Shown: one piece after another, positions 41,584 to 53,554 of the stretch
Numbering within the stretch: position 1 is the first letter of the stretch
Layout of the letters: each line of letters begins with the position of its first letter
NCBI GenBank assembly: GCA_035387885.1
Contig: DAOOOW010000002.1
Span: forward strand, 7,869 to 71,868
Reading direction: 5' to 3'
Source: a bacterium
GTDB taxonomy: Bacteria; Patescibacteriota; Patescibacteriia; UBA2196
Length of the DNA: 64,000 nt
Program-made: the position numbers and the translations under genes
Notes under the pieces: model-generated
Seen by the model: only the letters and a program-made list of their open reading frames with translations
Told to the model about the DNA's origin: nothing
The model's database searches: none

Positions 41584-42651
41584 ATGAAAATTCTACTCCA
41601 AAATTTAAAACAAGAAATTACGGAAAAAATAAAACTTGTCAAAAACGAAGCTGATTTGGAACATTTGCGTTTAGAATATTTAAGTCGCAAAGGCAAATTT
41701 ACCGAAAGTTTAAAAGCCCTTAAAGATGTAGCCGTAGCTGAACGACCAGTTATTGGCAAATTGGCTAATGAAGTTAAACAAGAAGTAGAACATTTATTTG
41801 CCCAAACTCAAAATGCTTTTAGTGGAGAAAATAATTTTAAGCAGTCGGGAGGAAAAAATCCGCCAACTGGCGGAGAAAAAATTTATGATGCTACTTTGCC
41901 TGGTCTTAAAAAACCAATGGGCACTTATCATCCGATTACTCAAATTATCAAAGATTTAAATCAAGCTTTTCAGTCTTTAAATTTTGAAATTTATGAAGAT
42001 AATGAAATTACTACTGAAGAGCAAGCTTTTGATAATTTAAATTTTCCTCCTAATCATCCGGCTAGAGAAAGCATGGATACTTATTGGATAAAAGGCTCGG
42101 AAGATAGAAGTGGTCAAGAAAAACTTTGTTTGCGCCCTCATCTAACTGGCAATAGCGTCAACTATATGAAAATTCATCAGCCGCCATTTCGTTTTGTTTA
42201 TCCGGGCCGAGTTTTTCGCAGCGAAGCCACCGACGCTGGCCATGAAAGATGTTTTTATCAATACGAAGCATTAATTGTGGATGAAAATATTTCTTTTTCT
42301 GCCGGCAAAGTTTTAATTCAAACTATTTTAAATAAAGTTTTTGGTAAAGAAATTCCGGTGCGCATGCGGGCTGGGTTTTTCCCGTTTGTAGAACCAGGTT
42401 TTGAAATTGATATGCAATGTCAGGTTTGCGGGGGAGTTGGTTGCTCTGTTTGCAAACACAATGGTTGGTTGGAAGTAATGCCTGGTGGAGCGCCTCACCC
42501 TAATGTTCTAAAAGCTGGTGGCCTTGATCCAAAAAAATGGCAGGGCTTTTATATTAATGTCGGCCTTGATCGCTTGGTGATGATGAAATATGGCATTGAT
42601 GATGTGCGCCTGATGCATTTTGGTGATTTAAGATTTCTAAGACAATTTTAA
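41584..42651 (+). CDS. pheS: Phenylalanine--tRNA ligase alpha subunit
   Basis: Class II motifs FRSEATDAGHERCFYQYEAL and GFFPFVEPGFEIDMQC. Cys-rich CQVCGGVGCSVCKH insert. Confidence 0.9.
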   Translation: MKILLQNLKQEITEKIKLVKNEADLEHLRLEYLSRKGKFTESLKALKDVAVAERPVIGKLANEVKQEVEHLFAQTQNAFSGENNFKQSGGKNPPTGGEKIYDATLPGLKKPMGTYHPITQIIKDLNQAFQSLNFEIYEDNEITTEEQAFDNLNFPPNHPARESMDTYWIKGSEDRSGQEKLCLRPHLTGNSVNYMKIHQPPFRFVYPGRVFRSEATDAGHERCFYQYEALIVDENISFSAGKVLIQTILNKVFGKEIPVRMRAGFFPFVEPGFEIDMQCQVCGGVGCSVCKHNGWLEVMPGGAPHPNVLKAGGLDPKKWQGFYINVGLDRLVMMKYGIDDVRLMHFGDLRFLRQF

Positions 42652-42654
42652 TTT

Positions 42655-42795
42655 TCAAAGTTTATCCCGAGCGATTAGTTGAGGGATCTCTATTTAGTAA
42701 TCTGTAATAAGTAATATGTAATAAGTAATAAAAACACTTTGTCATCCCGGCTCAAATTGCCACTGGTAATTTTTCGCTGATTCGGGATCCAGAAA
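42655..42795 (+). repeat. Composite intergenic repeat (GTTTATCCCGAGCG...GAGGGATCTC; AT-rich GTAATNNGTAATA tandem; TGTCATCCCGG...TTCGGGATCC)
   Basis: Three of the recurring repeat families are juxtaposed in 140 bp. Confidence 0.6.
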
Positions 42796-42806
42796 TACAA
42801 ATAATT

Positions 42807-43214
42807 ATGAGTATCCCCGTTCATTTGGCAACCAATACTATTATTGGCGCAATATTTTACCGTTTTGGCATTATTGATTTGTTAAAATTTTATTTATTAT
42901 TTATTGCTCTCGGATTTTTATTAGATGTTGATCATGTTTTATATTTTATTATTAAAGAACGAACCTTAAATCCAAAGAAACTATTTACGGCCGGCAGAGC
43001 TGAACGCCGAAAAATGAAAGCTCATCTTTATATTTTTCACTCGCCAGAATTTAATTTGCTTTTATTAATTTTATCTTTTTTTAATCAAATATTTTTTATC
43101 ATATTATTAAGTAATTTAATTCATCTAAGTTTAGATATTATTGAACATTATCGTTTCCATAAAAATTTTAAGTGGTTAAAAGAGTGGAGTTTGATTAATA
43201 ATTTAATTAGATAA
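42807..43214 (+). CDS. Hypothetical membrane protein
   Basis: 135 aa with three or four TM helices. Confidence 0.4.
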   Translation: MSIPVHLATNTIIGAIFYRFGIIDLLKFYLLFIALGFLLDVDHVLYFIIKERTLNPKKLFTAGRAERRKMKAHLYIFHSPEFNLLLLILSFFNQIFFIILLSNLIHLSLDIIEHYRFHKNFKWLKEWSLINNLIR

Positions 43215-43300
43215 AATAATTTTTTCTGGATCATGACTTTCGTCAGGATGACAACTCTTTTTTCCATAATACATTATTCATAATACATAATTCACACCTT

Positions 43301-44380
43301 ATGTCTGTCGTAAAAATTTTTATTTTAACAGTTCTCGCGTTTGTGGGCGCGTTTTGGTGGGCGCCGATTTTGGCGCGCTCTTTACACAAGTGGCAATTAT
43401 GGAAAAAACAAGCGCGTAAATATACGCCCGATGGCCGTGTTTTAGAAACATTCAAAAAAATTGAAAAAGATGACAAGGTCTTTACTCCACGGGGTGGCGG
43501 ACTTTTAATTTGGGTGACAATTTTGGTCCTAGCTTTGGTTATTGCTTTTTTCAATCGTTTGTTTGATGGTTTTTTTACCAATCTTAATTTTTTATCGCGC
43601 GCGGAAACTTGGCTGCCGCTTTTTACTTTGGTAGCGGCTGGGATAATTGGTTTACTTGATGATTTGTTAACTACCCGCTTAGCTGGCGGCAAATATTTAG
43701 GTGGTGGCATGAGTTTGGGCAAGCGCATTATTATTATTTTAATTATTGGCTTAATTGGCGCCTGGTGGTTTCATTTTAAATTGGGCTGGGACACCATTCA
43801 TATCCCTTTTTTTGGTGATTTCTATATTAATGGTTTTTATATTCCGCTTTTTGCCATTACCATGGTGGCGGTTTTTTCTTCAGGTGTAATCGATGGTATT
43901 GATGGGCTTTCTGGCGGTGTGTTCGCTCCGATTTTTGTCACTTTTGGCGTGATTGCCTTTATGCGTGGTCAAGTTAATTTAGCTGCTTTTTGCGCCATGA
44001 TTGCCGGGACTTTGGCCGTGTTTTTGTGGTTTAATGCCCCGCCAGCGCGTTTTTATATTGGTGAAACCGGTATTTTACCTTTAACTACAGTTTTGACCAT
44101 TATTGCCTTTTTAACCAACACTATTTTGCTTTTACCTCTAGCCGGCATTATGCTCGTTTTAACCACTCTTTCTGATATTGTTCAAATTACTTATCGTCAA
44201 TATGGTTTAAGACGCGGTTGGCCCCAAGAAAAACGGCAGTTTTTTATTGCCGCTCCCTTGCACCATAATTTTCAGTTTAAAGGTATTAAAAATGAAACCA
44301 TTGTTATGCGCTATTGGATCATCACGGCCATTGCCTGCGTTACTACTTTAATGATTTATTTGTTGGACAAAGGAATATAA
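43301..44380 (+). CDS. MraY/WecA-family polyprenyl-phosphate sugar-1-phosphate transferase
   Basis: Ten-TM topology and conserved IIGLLDDLL (Mg-binding DD). Confidence 0.6.
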   Translation: MSVVKIFILTVLAFVGAFWWAPILARSLHKWQLWKKQARKYTPDGRVLETFKKIEKDDKVFTPRGGGLLIWVTILVLALVIAFFNRLFDGFFTNLNFLSRAETWLPLFTLVAAGIIGLLDDLLTTRLAGGKYLGGGMSLGKRIIIILIIGLIGAWWFHFKLGWDTIHIPFFGDFYINGFYIPLFAITMVAVFSSGVIDGIDGLSGGVFAPIFVTFGVIAFMRGQVNLAAFCAMIAGTLAVFLWFNAPPARFYIGETGILPLTTVLTIIAFLTNTILLLPLAGIMLVLTTLSDIVQITYRQYGLRRGWPQEKRQFFIAAPLHHNFQFKGIKNETIVMRYWIITAIACVTTLMIYLLDKGI

Positions 44381-44444
44381 TTTCTATTTGTCATCCTGAA
44401 TTTGTTTGCCCCGCATTTGCAGCGGATTCAGGATCCAAAAAATT

Positions 44445-45209
44445 ATGAACCAATTAGAAAAAATAAAAAATACGCCAATAAAAACACCAAAGTGGATTGT
44501 GGATTTAAAATATTTTGACGATCGTTTTAAAGTAAACAATAAAATTAAAAAAAGAAAATTAAATAAAAAACACGGACTATTCGCGGAAAAAATTGTCGAT
44601 TATAGAAAATATGGTTTAAAAGGAGAGAGTTATTATTGGCAATTTAGACAGGAAAAACAATTTAAAAAAATAAAAAATTTATTACCAAAAGAATTTTATT
44701 TACGGAAAAGTATTGTTGAAGATTTGCAAAAAGTTAATAATTTTTTAAAAAAATATAACTTATCTCTGTATGTTAAAAGCGGTTATCGCAATGAAGAAGT
44801 CCAGTTAGCTGCTATTGATTATTTTTCTGCTAAGGGTGATGAAAAACAAAAAATGCTTTTTGCTCAACCCAAAGAAAGAAGTGCTAATCATCCCTATCCT
44901 CATTCCACTGGTGCCACTTTTGATTTAACATTATATGACTTAAAGAGAAAACAATTTATAAATTTAAGATTTAGAAAAGACATTACCGTATTTGGCATTG
45001 AGAGAGTTAAAAAAATAACAACTACGGAAAAGAAAATTAGAGCCTACCGTCGGCTATTATATAATATCCTTTGCACACCAGTTATTTTAGAAAAAGAAAA
45101 TTTATTTACCGCCCATCCATTTGAATATTGGCATTTTTCCCGTGGTGATCAATTGGCTAGATTTTGGTCAGGTTCGGACAAGATGGCTTATTACGGCGAA
45201 GCAAAATAA
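44445..45209 (+). CDS. D-Ala-D-Ala dipeptidase-like M15 peptidase (VanX/DdpX-like)
   Basis: SANHPYPHSTGATFDLTLYD (S-x-H-x-x-G-x-A-x-D) and EYWHFS (E-x-x-H) motifs. The start is internal to track ORF 44406.., whose 5' end is a repeat. Confidence 0.6.
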   Translation: MNQLEKIKNTPIKTPKWIVDLKYFDDRFKVNNKIKKRKLNKKHGLFAEKIVDYRKYGLKGESYYWQFRQEKQFKKIKNLLPKEFYLRKSIVEDLQKVNNFLKKYNLSLYVKSGYRNEEVQLAAIDYFSAKGDEKQKMLFAQPKERSANHPYPHSTGATFDLTLYDLKRKQFINLRFRKDITVFGIERVKKITTTEKKIRAYRRLLYNILCTPVILEKENLFTAHPFEYWHFSRGDQLARFWSGSDKMAYYGEAK

Positions 45210-45211
45210 AT

Positions 45212-46123
45212 ATGTTTAAACTTTTTTACAAAATCAAATATTTTTTCGGCACAATATATCGTGGGTTGATTGGCAGATCCCATAATGCTTTTGACCAGGC
45301 GCCAGAAATAAATAAAGATGTAGAAAATTTTGTAATTGGGAAAAGTGAGGAGGGAAGAGAAATAAGAGTTTATAAAATTGGAAGCCAATCCATGAGATCT
45401 CTCGACTCCTCCGACAGTGCTTTGCCTGCCGGAGTCGCTCGAGATAAACTTAAAAAAATATTATTTGTTGCTGGTATTCATGGCAATGAAGTTGGCACAG
45501 TCAAGTTAGCTGGAAATATTATTAATTATTTTTTTAATGTAACTCCGAGCTTTAGCTCGGATGAATCCGATCTAAAGGCCGGAGTTACAAAAGACCACAC
45601 TCTTTATGTTATTCCTTGTTTAAACCCCGATGGTTATGAGCGTGCCTTAAAAAATCCTGATTATGCGCATCGTGGCCGAGTGGGACGTAATAACAGTCGT
45701 GGTGTAGATTTAAATAGAAATTTTCTAACTCAAAATTTTCAAAAAAATTCCGAGTGGGGTTTTGGCAGAAATTATGGCGATGAAAAAATTGCCGCTTATT
45801 GTGGAGAATTTGGTGGTTCAGAAAGAGAAACGCAAGCTTTAATAAAATTTATTAAACAAGAAAATATTCAAAATTTAATTATGCTTCACAACGCTGGCAA
45901 AGATGTGGTTTATAATTCCGGCGATCAAGTAGCCAAAAAATGGGCAGAAATTTATAACAAATTTACCAAATTTAAAATCAGAACAGATCTAAATTATTCC
46001 GGTGGCGTTGCTGAATGGGCTAAAGAAAATAATATTCATTATTTAACTGTAGAAGGTTCAAGCAGGTGGGGAAGTGATTGGCGAAAACAAAAAAGCGCGG
46101 TTGAAAAAATTATTAATTCATAA
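45212..46123 (+). CDS. M14-family zinc carboxypeptidase (MpaA/gamma-D-Glu-Dap peptidase-like) with an in-frame repeat insertion
   Basis: GIHGNEVGT (HxxE) and GVDLNRNF motifs. The 57-bp element at 45394-45450 encodes RSLDSSDSALPAGVARDKL. Confidence 0.65.
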   Translation: MFKLFYKIKYFFGTIYRGLIGRSHNAFDQAPEINKDVENFVIGKSEEGREIRVYKIGSQSMRSLDSSDSALPAGVARDKLKKILFVAGIHGNEVGTVKLAGNIINYFFNVTPSFSSDESDLKAGVTKDHTLYVIPCLNPDGYERALKNPDYAHRGRVGRNNSRGVDLNRNFLTQNFQKNSEWGFGRNYGDEKIAAYCGEFGGSERETQALIKFIKQENIQNLIMLHNAGKDVVYNSGDQVAKKWAEIYNKFTKFKIRTDLNYSGGVAEWAKENNIHYLTVEGSSRWGSDWRKQKSAVEKIINS

Positions 46124-46141
46124 ATCTTAATTTATAATTTT

Positions 46142-48700
46142 ATGTTATTATCTTTAAACTGGCTTAAACAATATGTTAATTTGCCCAAAAATTTAACGGC
46201 TAAAAAATTAGCTCATGATTTAACCATGTCCACTGTGGAAGTGGAAAGCATTGAAAATCAAGCAGAAATGTTTGATAAAATTGTGGTTGGTAAAATAGTT
46301 GAAGTAAAAAATCATCCGAATGCTGACAAATTAAAATTGGTTAGCGTTGATGTTGGTAAAAACGCCCCCAAAGGGGCTAAGAAAATTGATGTTGTGTGTG
46401 GTGGTATTAATTTGTGCGAAGGCATGTTGGTAGCTGTAGCCTTGCCTGGGAGCAAAGTCCGCTGGCACGGAGAAGGGGATTTGGTGGAATTACAAGAGAC
46501 AGAAATTCGTGGTCAAAAATCTTTTGGTATGATTTGTTCAAGTAATGAAATTGGTTTAGAAAGTATGTTTTCTTGTGGTGAAAAAGAAATTTTGGATTTG
46601 GGCATTGTGGTTCAAGACAGGGCCTTGAACCAACACCTAAAACCGGGGCAAAATTTAGCTGAAGCTTTGGGTTTAGATGACACCATTATTGAATTGGATA
46701 ATAAATCCATTACGCACCGGCCTGATTTATGGAATCATTATGGAGTTGCCAGAGAACTAGCTGTAATATATAAAACTCCTTTGGAGAAATTCCAAATTAC
46801 AAATAACAAATTCCAAATAAATTCCAAATTACAAAATTCAAAATTTAAAAACAATAACTTATCAATTAAAATTCAAGATAAAAAACTTTGTCCACGCTAT
46901 ATTGGTTGCTTAATTAAAAATGTTAAAGTTGGTCCATCGCCAGAATGGTTAGTTAAAAGTTTAGAAGCAGTTGGTTTACGTTCCACAAATAATATTGTGG
47001 ATATTACTAATTATGTGATGTTGGATGTGGGTGAACCAATGCATGCGTTTGATAAAGCAAAGCTTTATCAAACGCAAATCCGAAATCAGAAATCCCTGCC
47101 TCGCCGGCAGGCAGGCGAAATCCGAAAAAATGAAAAAATAGAAATTAATATTAGAACTGCAAAAAATGGTGAAAAAATAAAAACTTTTAATGGGGTGGAA
47201 AGAAAATTGGATGAAAACATACTTGTGATTGCCGACAGTGAAAAACCAATTGCTTTGGCTGGAGTCATGGGCGGACTTGATTCTTCGGTTGATGACAAGA
47301 CAACAGAAATTATTTTAGAAGCGGCCAATTTTGATGCCTTTAATGTGCGTAAAACCACGCAAAAATTAAATATCAGAACCGAAGCATCTAATCGTTTTGA
47401 AAAAAAATTAGCAGGAGAATTTGCTATACTTGGTATGCAAAAAGCTTTGCAATTGATTAAAGAAATAATTCCTGAAGCAGAAATGGGTTCAATGGTTGAT
47501 ATAAATTATGCTAAAAACCCAGATATCAAAATTAAAATTGAACATGAGTTTATTGAGAAAAGAATTGGCCAGGAAATCAGTTCGAAAGAAATAAAAAATA
47601 TTTTGGAAAGATTGGGTTTTGTCGTAGAGACGCAAGATATTGCGTCTCAAAACACGGGATACAAAATAACCGTTCCTTATTGGCGCTCAACTGGCGACAT
47701 TGATTGCCCAGAAGATATTGTGGAAGAAGTTGCCAGAATTTATGGTTATAATAATTTAAAAGATCAACCACTGGGAGTTAAACTGCATAAGCAAATTTTG
47801 CAACCAGAATTTGAATTATGTCAAAAAATTAAAGATTTTTTGGTTTTAAACTCTGGTTTAAACGAGATTTTTAACTATCCTTGGACTGAAGAAATTTACT
47901 TGAAAAAACTGGGGGAAAATGGTAAAATGATTATTGTAGCCAATCCGCCTTCCGAGGCTAATAAATGGCTCCAAAACAGCTTAATTCCCAATTTAGTTAA
48001 AAACATTGAAGATAATTTACGCTATTTTGATGAGTTTGGTATTTTTGAAATGGCTAATGTTTATTTACCCAGTAACCAAGAGTCAAAAATGTTGGCTATT
48101 GGTTTTGTTAGTCCAAAAAACACGGATGCATTTTTATCAGTCAAAGGAATTATAGAAAATATTTTTAATATTTTACAGATTACAGATTATAGATTACAGA
48201 TTACAAAAACATCAGAAAGTTATTTAAATAGTGAAAAAAGTTTAGCTGTGTGTGTAGGTGATAAACAACTTGGTTGGCTTGGAGAACTTAAAAAAGAAAT
48301 TTACCAAAAGTTTAATTTTAAAAATAGAAATATTTGTTTGACGGAAATAAATTTGACTGAGTTGATTGCTGTGGCTAAAAATGTGTCTGTTAAAAAATAT
48401 CAACCCTTGCCACAATTTCCTAGTGTAGTTCGCGATTTGGCCTTTGAGTTGGGTTGGTCAGTAAATTGGGAAAGCGTTAATAAAGAGATCCTGAAACTAG
48501 TTCAGGATGACAACATTAAAAAAGAAACAGAATTTTTATCTGAATTTGATCTTGGGAACAAAAAATCTTTAGCTTTTAGAATAATTTATCAAGCCCATAG
48601 AACCTTAACAGATAAAGAAGTTGATAATATCCAAGAAAAAATTATCAAATTAATTACAGAAAAATTTGCTGGCAAGTTAAGAGTAAATTTGAAAAAATAA
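46142..48700 (+). CDS. pheT: Phenylalanine--tRNA ligase beta subunit
   Basis: N-terminal tRNA-binding domain KIVVGKIVEVKNHPNADKLKLVSVDVG plus B3/4 and B5 domains. Three in-frame repeat insertions: 46793-46862, 47076-47128, 48172-48206. Confidence 0.9.
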   Translation: MLLSLNWLKQYVNLPKNLTAKKLAHDLTMSTVEVESIENQAEMFDKIVVGKIVEVKNHPNADKLKLVSVDVGKNAPKGAKKIDVVCGGINLCEGMLVAVALPGSKVRWHGEGDLVELQETEIRGQKSFGMICSSNEIGLESMFSCGEKEILDLGIVVQDRALNQHLKPGQNLAEALGLDDTIIELDNKSITHRPDLWNHYGVARELAVIYKTPLEKFQITNNKFQINSKLQNSKFKNNNLSIKIQDKKLCPRYIGCLIKNVKVGPSPEWLVKSLEAVGLRSTNNIVDITNYVMLDVGEPMHAFDKAKLYQTQIRNQKSLPRRQAGEIRKNEKIEINIRTAKNGEKIKTFNGVERKLDENILVIADSEKPIALAGVMGGLDSSVDDKTTEIILEAANFDAFNVRKTTQKLNIRTEASNRFEKKLAGEFAILGMQKALQLIKEIIPEAEMGSMVDINYAKNPDIKIKIEHEFIEKRIGQEISSKEIKNILERLGFVVETQDIASQNTGYKITVPYWRSTGDIDCPEDIVEEVARIYGYNNLKDQPLGVKLHKQILQPEFELCQKIKDFLVLNSGLNEIFNYPWTEEIYLKKLGENGKMIIVANPPSEANKWLQNSLIPNLVKNIEDNLRYFDEFGIFEMANVYLPSNQESKMLAIGFVSPKNTDAFLSVKGIIENIFNILQITDYRLQITKTSESYLNSEKSLAVCVGDKQLGWLGELKKEIYQKFNFKNRNICLTEINLTELIAVAKNVSVKKYQPLPQFPSVVRDLAFELGWSVNWESVNKEILKLVQDDNIKKETEFLSEFDLGNKKSLAFRIIYQAHRTLTDKEVDNIQEKIIKLITEKFAGKLRVNLKK

Positions 48701-48720
48701 AAATTAATAATTTTTTATAG

Positions 48721-50904
<2,184 letters not shown>

Positions 50905-50916
50905 TTTTAAAATTTT

Positions 50917-51633
50917 ATGAGTATAAAAATAGACAAAGTTATAAGAGGCGCTCTTGTGGCCGGAAGTCTTTTTATCGGTGCGGAAGGTGTTGAGGCAAAA
51001 CCACCAACAGCAAATCCAAAAAATCGCGAAAAAAAAACAGAAATGAGAAATGAAGTTGAAATCAGTGCCGAGGACGCTTTTGAAAGAGCTAAAAAATATC
51101 TAGCTAAAAAAGAAAAAGAAAATCCTGGCAGAGGAGTAGAAATTTTCAATGATCCCAAGGCAATTGAAAATATTTTGGCCAGAGTTATGATGTCTGAAGA
51201 AAAACGCCATCCCAATCAGTGGCATTTAGCCATTTTAATAGCTTGGACAGTTATTAATCGAGTAAGAAACGGGGGAATGGCTTTAACCTCAGAGGCAGTT
51301 ATGAAAGTTGTTACCCATGATAAAGATTTTGGTTTACAAAGTAAAGGTCGTCCCTATGATACTAGTTATGAGATTTTTACAGAAGATCCAAATATCCAAA
51401 AAAAAACAGCTGGTTATTATCGGATTTTTTCCAGAATGATTTTAGATGGCGAATTTAATGATTACAATAAAGGACAAGTTAGTTTTTTTCATATACAAGC
51501 TCAAAGAGCAGCTCATGCTAAAGACCCTAGTTTGTATCCATCTCCAGAACAGGTTATAAAAAACAGAGAAGGTGAAGGCTTGGAAATAGTATTAGAGATT
51601 CCCGGTTATGTTGTATTTTTTAAAAAAAAATAG
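50917..51633 (+). CDS. Secreted protein, possible cell-wall hydrolase (SleB/CwlJ-like)
   Basis: Signal peptide. The WHLAILIAWTVINRVRNG block resembles the Hydrolase_2 core. Weak assignment. Confidence 0.35.
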   Translation: MSIKIDKVIRGALVAGSLFIGAEGVEAKPPTANPKNREKKTEMRNEVEISAEDAFERAKKYLAKKEKENPGRGVEIFNDPKAIENILARVMMSEEKRHPNQWHLAILIAWTVINRVRNGGMALTSEAVMKVVTHDKDFGLQSKGRPYDTSYEIFTEDPNIQKKTAGYYRIFSRMILDGEFNDYNKGQVSFFHIQAQRAAHAKDPSLYPSPEQVIKNREGEGLEIVLEIPGYVVFFKKK

Positions 51634-51675
51634 CTTGTTTGACAACCTAATGCTGATTATGCTACTCTAATTATA

Positions 51676-51696
51676 GAGACCAAGCAGGTCTTTTTA
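51676..51696 (+). terminator. Intrinsic terminator
   Basis: GAGACC-AAGCA-GGTCTT followed by TTTTT. Confidence 0.5.
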
Positions 51697-51771
51697 AAAT
51701 CCTTAAAGTTTATCTTGAGGCCTCAAGGCTAAGAGATCTCTCTTGTTTGTAAATAAATTAAAAAATAAGAT

Positions 51772-51954
51772 ATGAATAAACTTACCCAGTATTTTTCAGA
51801 GTCAAAAACAGAATTAAAAAAAGTTATTTGGCCCACCAAAAAGCAAACTCTTAACCACACCTTATTGGTTATTGGTTTTTCTTTGGGCATGGCCATTTTT
51901 TTGGGCGCTGTAGATTTGGGTTTAACCAAATTAATGGAATTAATTTTAAAATAA
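51772..51954 (+). CDS. secE: Preprotein translocase subunit SecE
   Basis: 60 aa with a single TM. KKVIWPTKKQT motif. Directly upstream of nusG. Confidence 0.8.
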   Translation: MNKLTQYFSESKTELKKVIWPTKKQTLNHTLLVIGFSLGMAIFLGAVDLGLTKLMELILK

Positions 51955-51955
51955 T

Positions 51956-52501
51956 ATGGCAAAACAATCCTTACAAATGGGCCGCCGTTGGTATGCTCTA
52001 CATACTTATTCTGGCTATGAAGAAAATGTGGCTCATAATTTAAAACAAAGAATTGATTCTTTGGATATGCAGGATAAAATTTTTCAAGTTTTAGTGCCTA
52101 AAGAAAAGAAAATTAAAATAAAAAATGGTCGGCGTACAACTATTGAAGAAAAAATTTATCCTGGTTATGTTTTGATAGATATGATTGTTGATGATGCCTC
52201 CTGGTATGTGGTTCGCAATACACCCAATGTTAATGGTTTTATTGGCGCTGGCAATACACCCACCCCAGTATCTGACGCTGAAATGGAAGCTCTGCAAAAA
52301 AGAATGGGCATTGAAGAACCTAAATATAAATTTGATATTATAGTGGATGATCCTGTTAAAGTGGTGGATGGGCCGTTTAAAGATTTGGAAGGCAAAGTGG
52401 CTGAGGTTGACGAATCAAGAGGTCGGGTTAAAGTTTTGGTCAATATGTTTGGTCGTGAAACTCCTGTGGATTTAGACTTTTTACAAGTAAAGAAAATCTA
52501 A
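51956..52501 (+). CDS. nusG: Transcription termination/antitermination factor NusG
   Basis: NGN domain WYALHTYSGYEENV and KOW domain GKVAEVDESRGRVKVLVNMFGRETPVDL. Confidence 0.92.
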   Translation: MAKQSLQMGRRWYALHTYSGYEENVAHNLKQRIDSLDMQDKIFQVLVPKEKKIKIKNGRRTTIEEKIYPGYVLIDMIVDDASWYVVRNTPNVNGFIGAGNTPTPVSDAEMEALQKRMGIEEPKYKFDIIVDDPVKVVDGPFKDLEGKVAEVDESRGRVKVLVNMFGRETPVDLDFLQVKKI

Positions 52502-52594
52502 CTAATGCGAATTAATAGCGAATTAATAGCGAATGGTGCGAATGAAAAAAATTTGTAAAATTCGTAAAAAATTTGTAATAATTCGGAATTTTAT
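52502..52594 (+). repeat. GCGAATTAATAGCGAAT / AATTTGTAATAATTCG box cluster upstream of rplK
   Basis: Tandem GCGAATTAATAGCG units, then AAATTTGTAAAATTCGTAAAAAATTTGTAATAATTCGG, ending 9 nt before the rplK ATG. Confidence 0.5.
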
Positions 52595-53017
52595 ATGGCA
52601 AAAAACATTAAAACAATTATTAAATTACAAATTAAAGCTGGAGCAGCTAATCCTGCGCCACCTGTTGGTCCAGCTTTGGGTCAGCATGGCTTAAATATTT
52701 CAGAATTTTGTTCTAAATTTAATGAGGCGACCAAAGATAAAATGGGCGATGTTATCCCAGTAGAAATTACAGTTTATGAAGATAGAACTTATGATTTTAA
52801 ATTGAAAACGCCACCAGCCGCGGAATTAATTAAAAAAGCTGCCAAGATTGAAAAAGGTTCTGGTAAGCCCAATTCAGAAAAAGTTGGCAAAATTACTAAA
52901 GCTCAAGTTAGAGAAATTGCTGAAAAGAAAATGGTAGATTTAAACGCGGGTAACTTGGAAGCAGGTATGAAAATTATTGAAGGCACCGCCAGACAAATGG
53001 GCATAACTGTTGAATAA
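52595..53017 (+). CDS. rplK: Ribosomal protein L11
   Basis: [26 protein letters not shown]. Full L11. Confidence 0.95.
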   Translation: MAKNIKTIIKLQIKAGAANPAPPVGPALGQHGLNISEFCSKFNEATKDKMGDVIPVEITVYEDRTYDFKLKTPPAAELIKKAAKIEKGSGKPNSEKVGKITKAQVREIAEKKMVDLNAGNLEAGMKIIEGTARQMGITVE

Positions 53018-53122
53018 ATTTTTAATTTTAAATTTTAAATTTTAAAATAATTTTCAATTTTAAATTTACAATTAATGTATTCTGTCATTCCAATAAAAGC
53101 GGGAATCCAGAAAATTAACATT

Positions 53123-53554
53123 ATGGACCAAGAACAAATTTCATCAACACAAACTCCAGTACAAAATACTGTTTCAAATAATTTTGATGAACAAAAGTTT
53201 GCTAAAAAGGTCAAAACAGCAGGTATTTCGTCAATTATTTATGGTATTTTATTAATTGTGTTGGTAGTATATTATGCTTTAGCAGCTAATAAAATTAGTT
53301 TAGGTACTATATTAATGTTACTCTTTAGTGCAGTTTTTATTGTTTTAGGCATAAAAATTAAAAAAGCTTTATTAAATAGTCAGCGTAATTGGTTGGCTGT
53401 TATTATAGGTTTTAGTATTATAATTATGATTTTAAATTTTGTTTTAAGTGGCAGTATTGGTGGTTTATTAAATTTAGTTTTTTTAGCTATTTTTATTGAT
53501 GGGTATTCTGCTATAAACAGAAAAGAACAAAAATCATTTAACATCACAAAATAA
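53123..53554 (+). CDS. Hypothetical membrane protein inserted between rplK and rplA
   Basis: Four-TM ORF with an internal Met start. The upstream part of track ORF 53075.. overlaps a TGTCATTCC...GGGAATCC repeat. Confidence 0.4.
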   Translation: MDQEQISSTQTPVQNTVSNNFDEQKFAKKVKTAGISSIIYGILLIVLVVYYALAANKISLGTILMLLFSAVFIVLGIKIKKALLNSQRNWLAVIIGFSIIIMILNFVLSGSIGGLLNLVFLAIFIDGYSAINRKEQKSFNITK

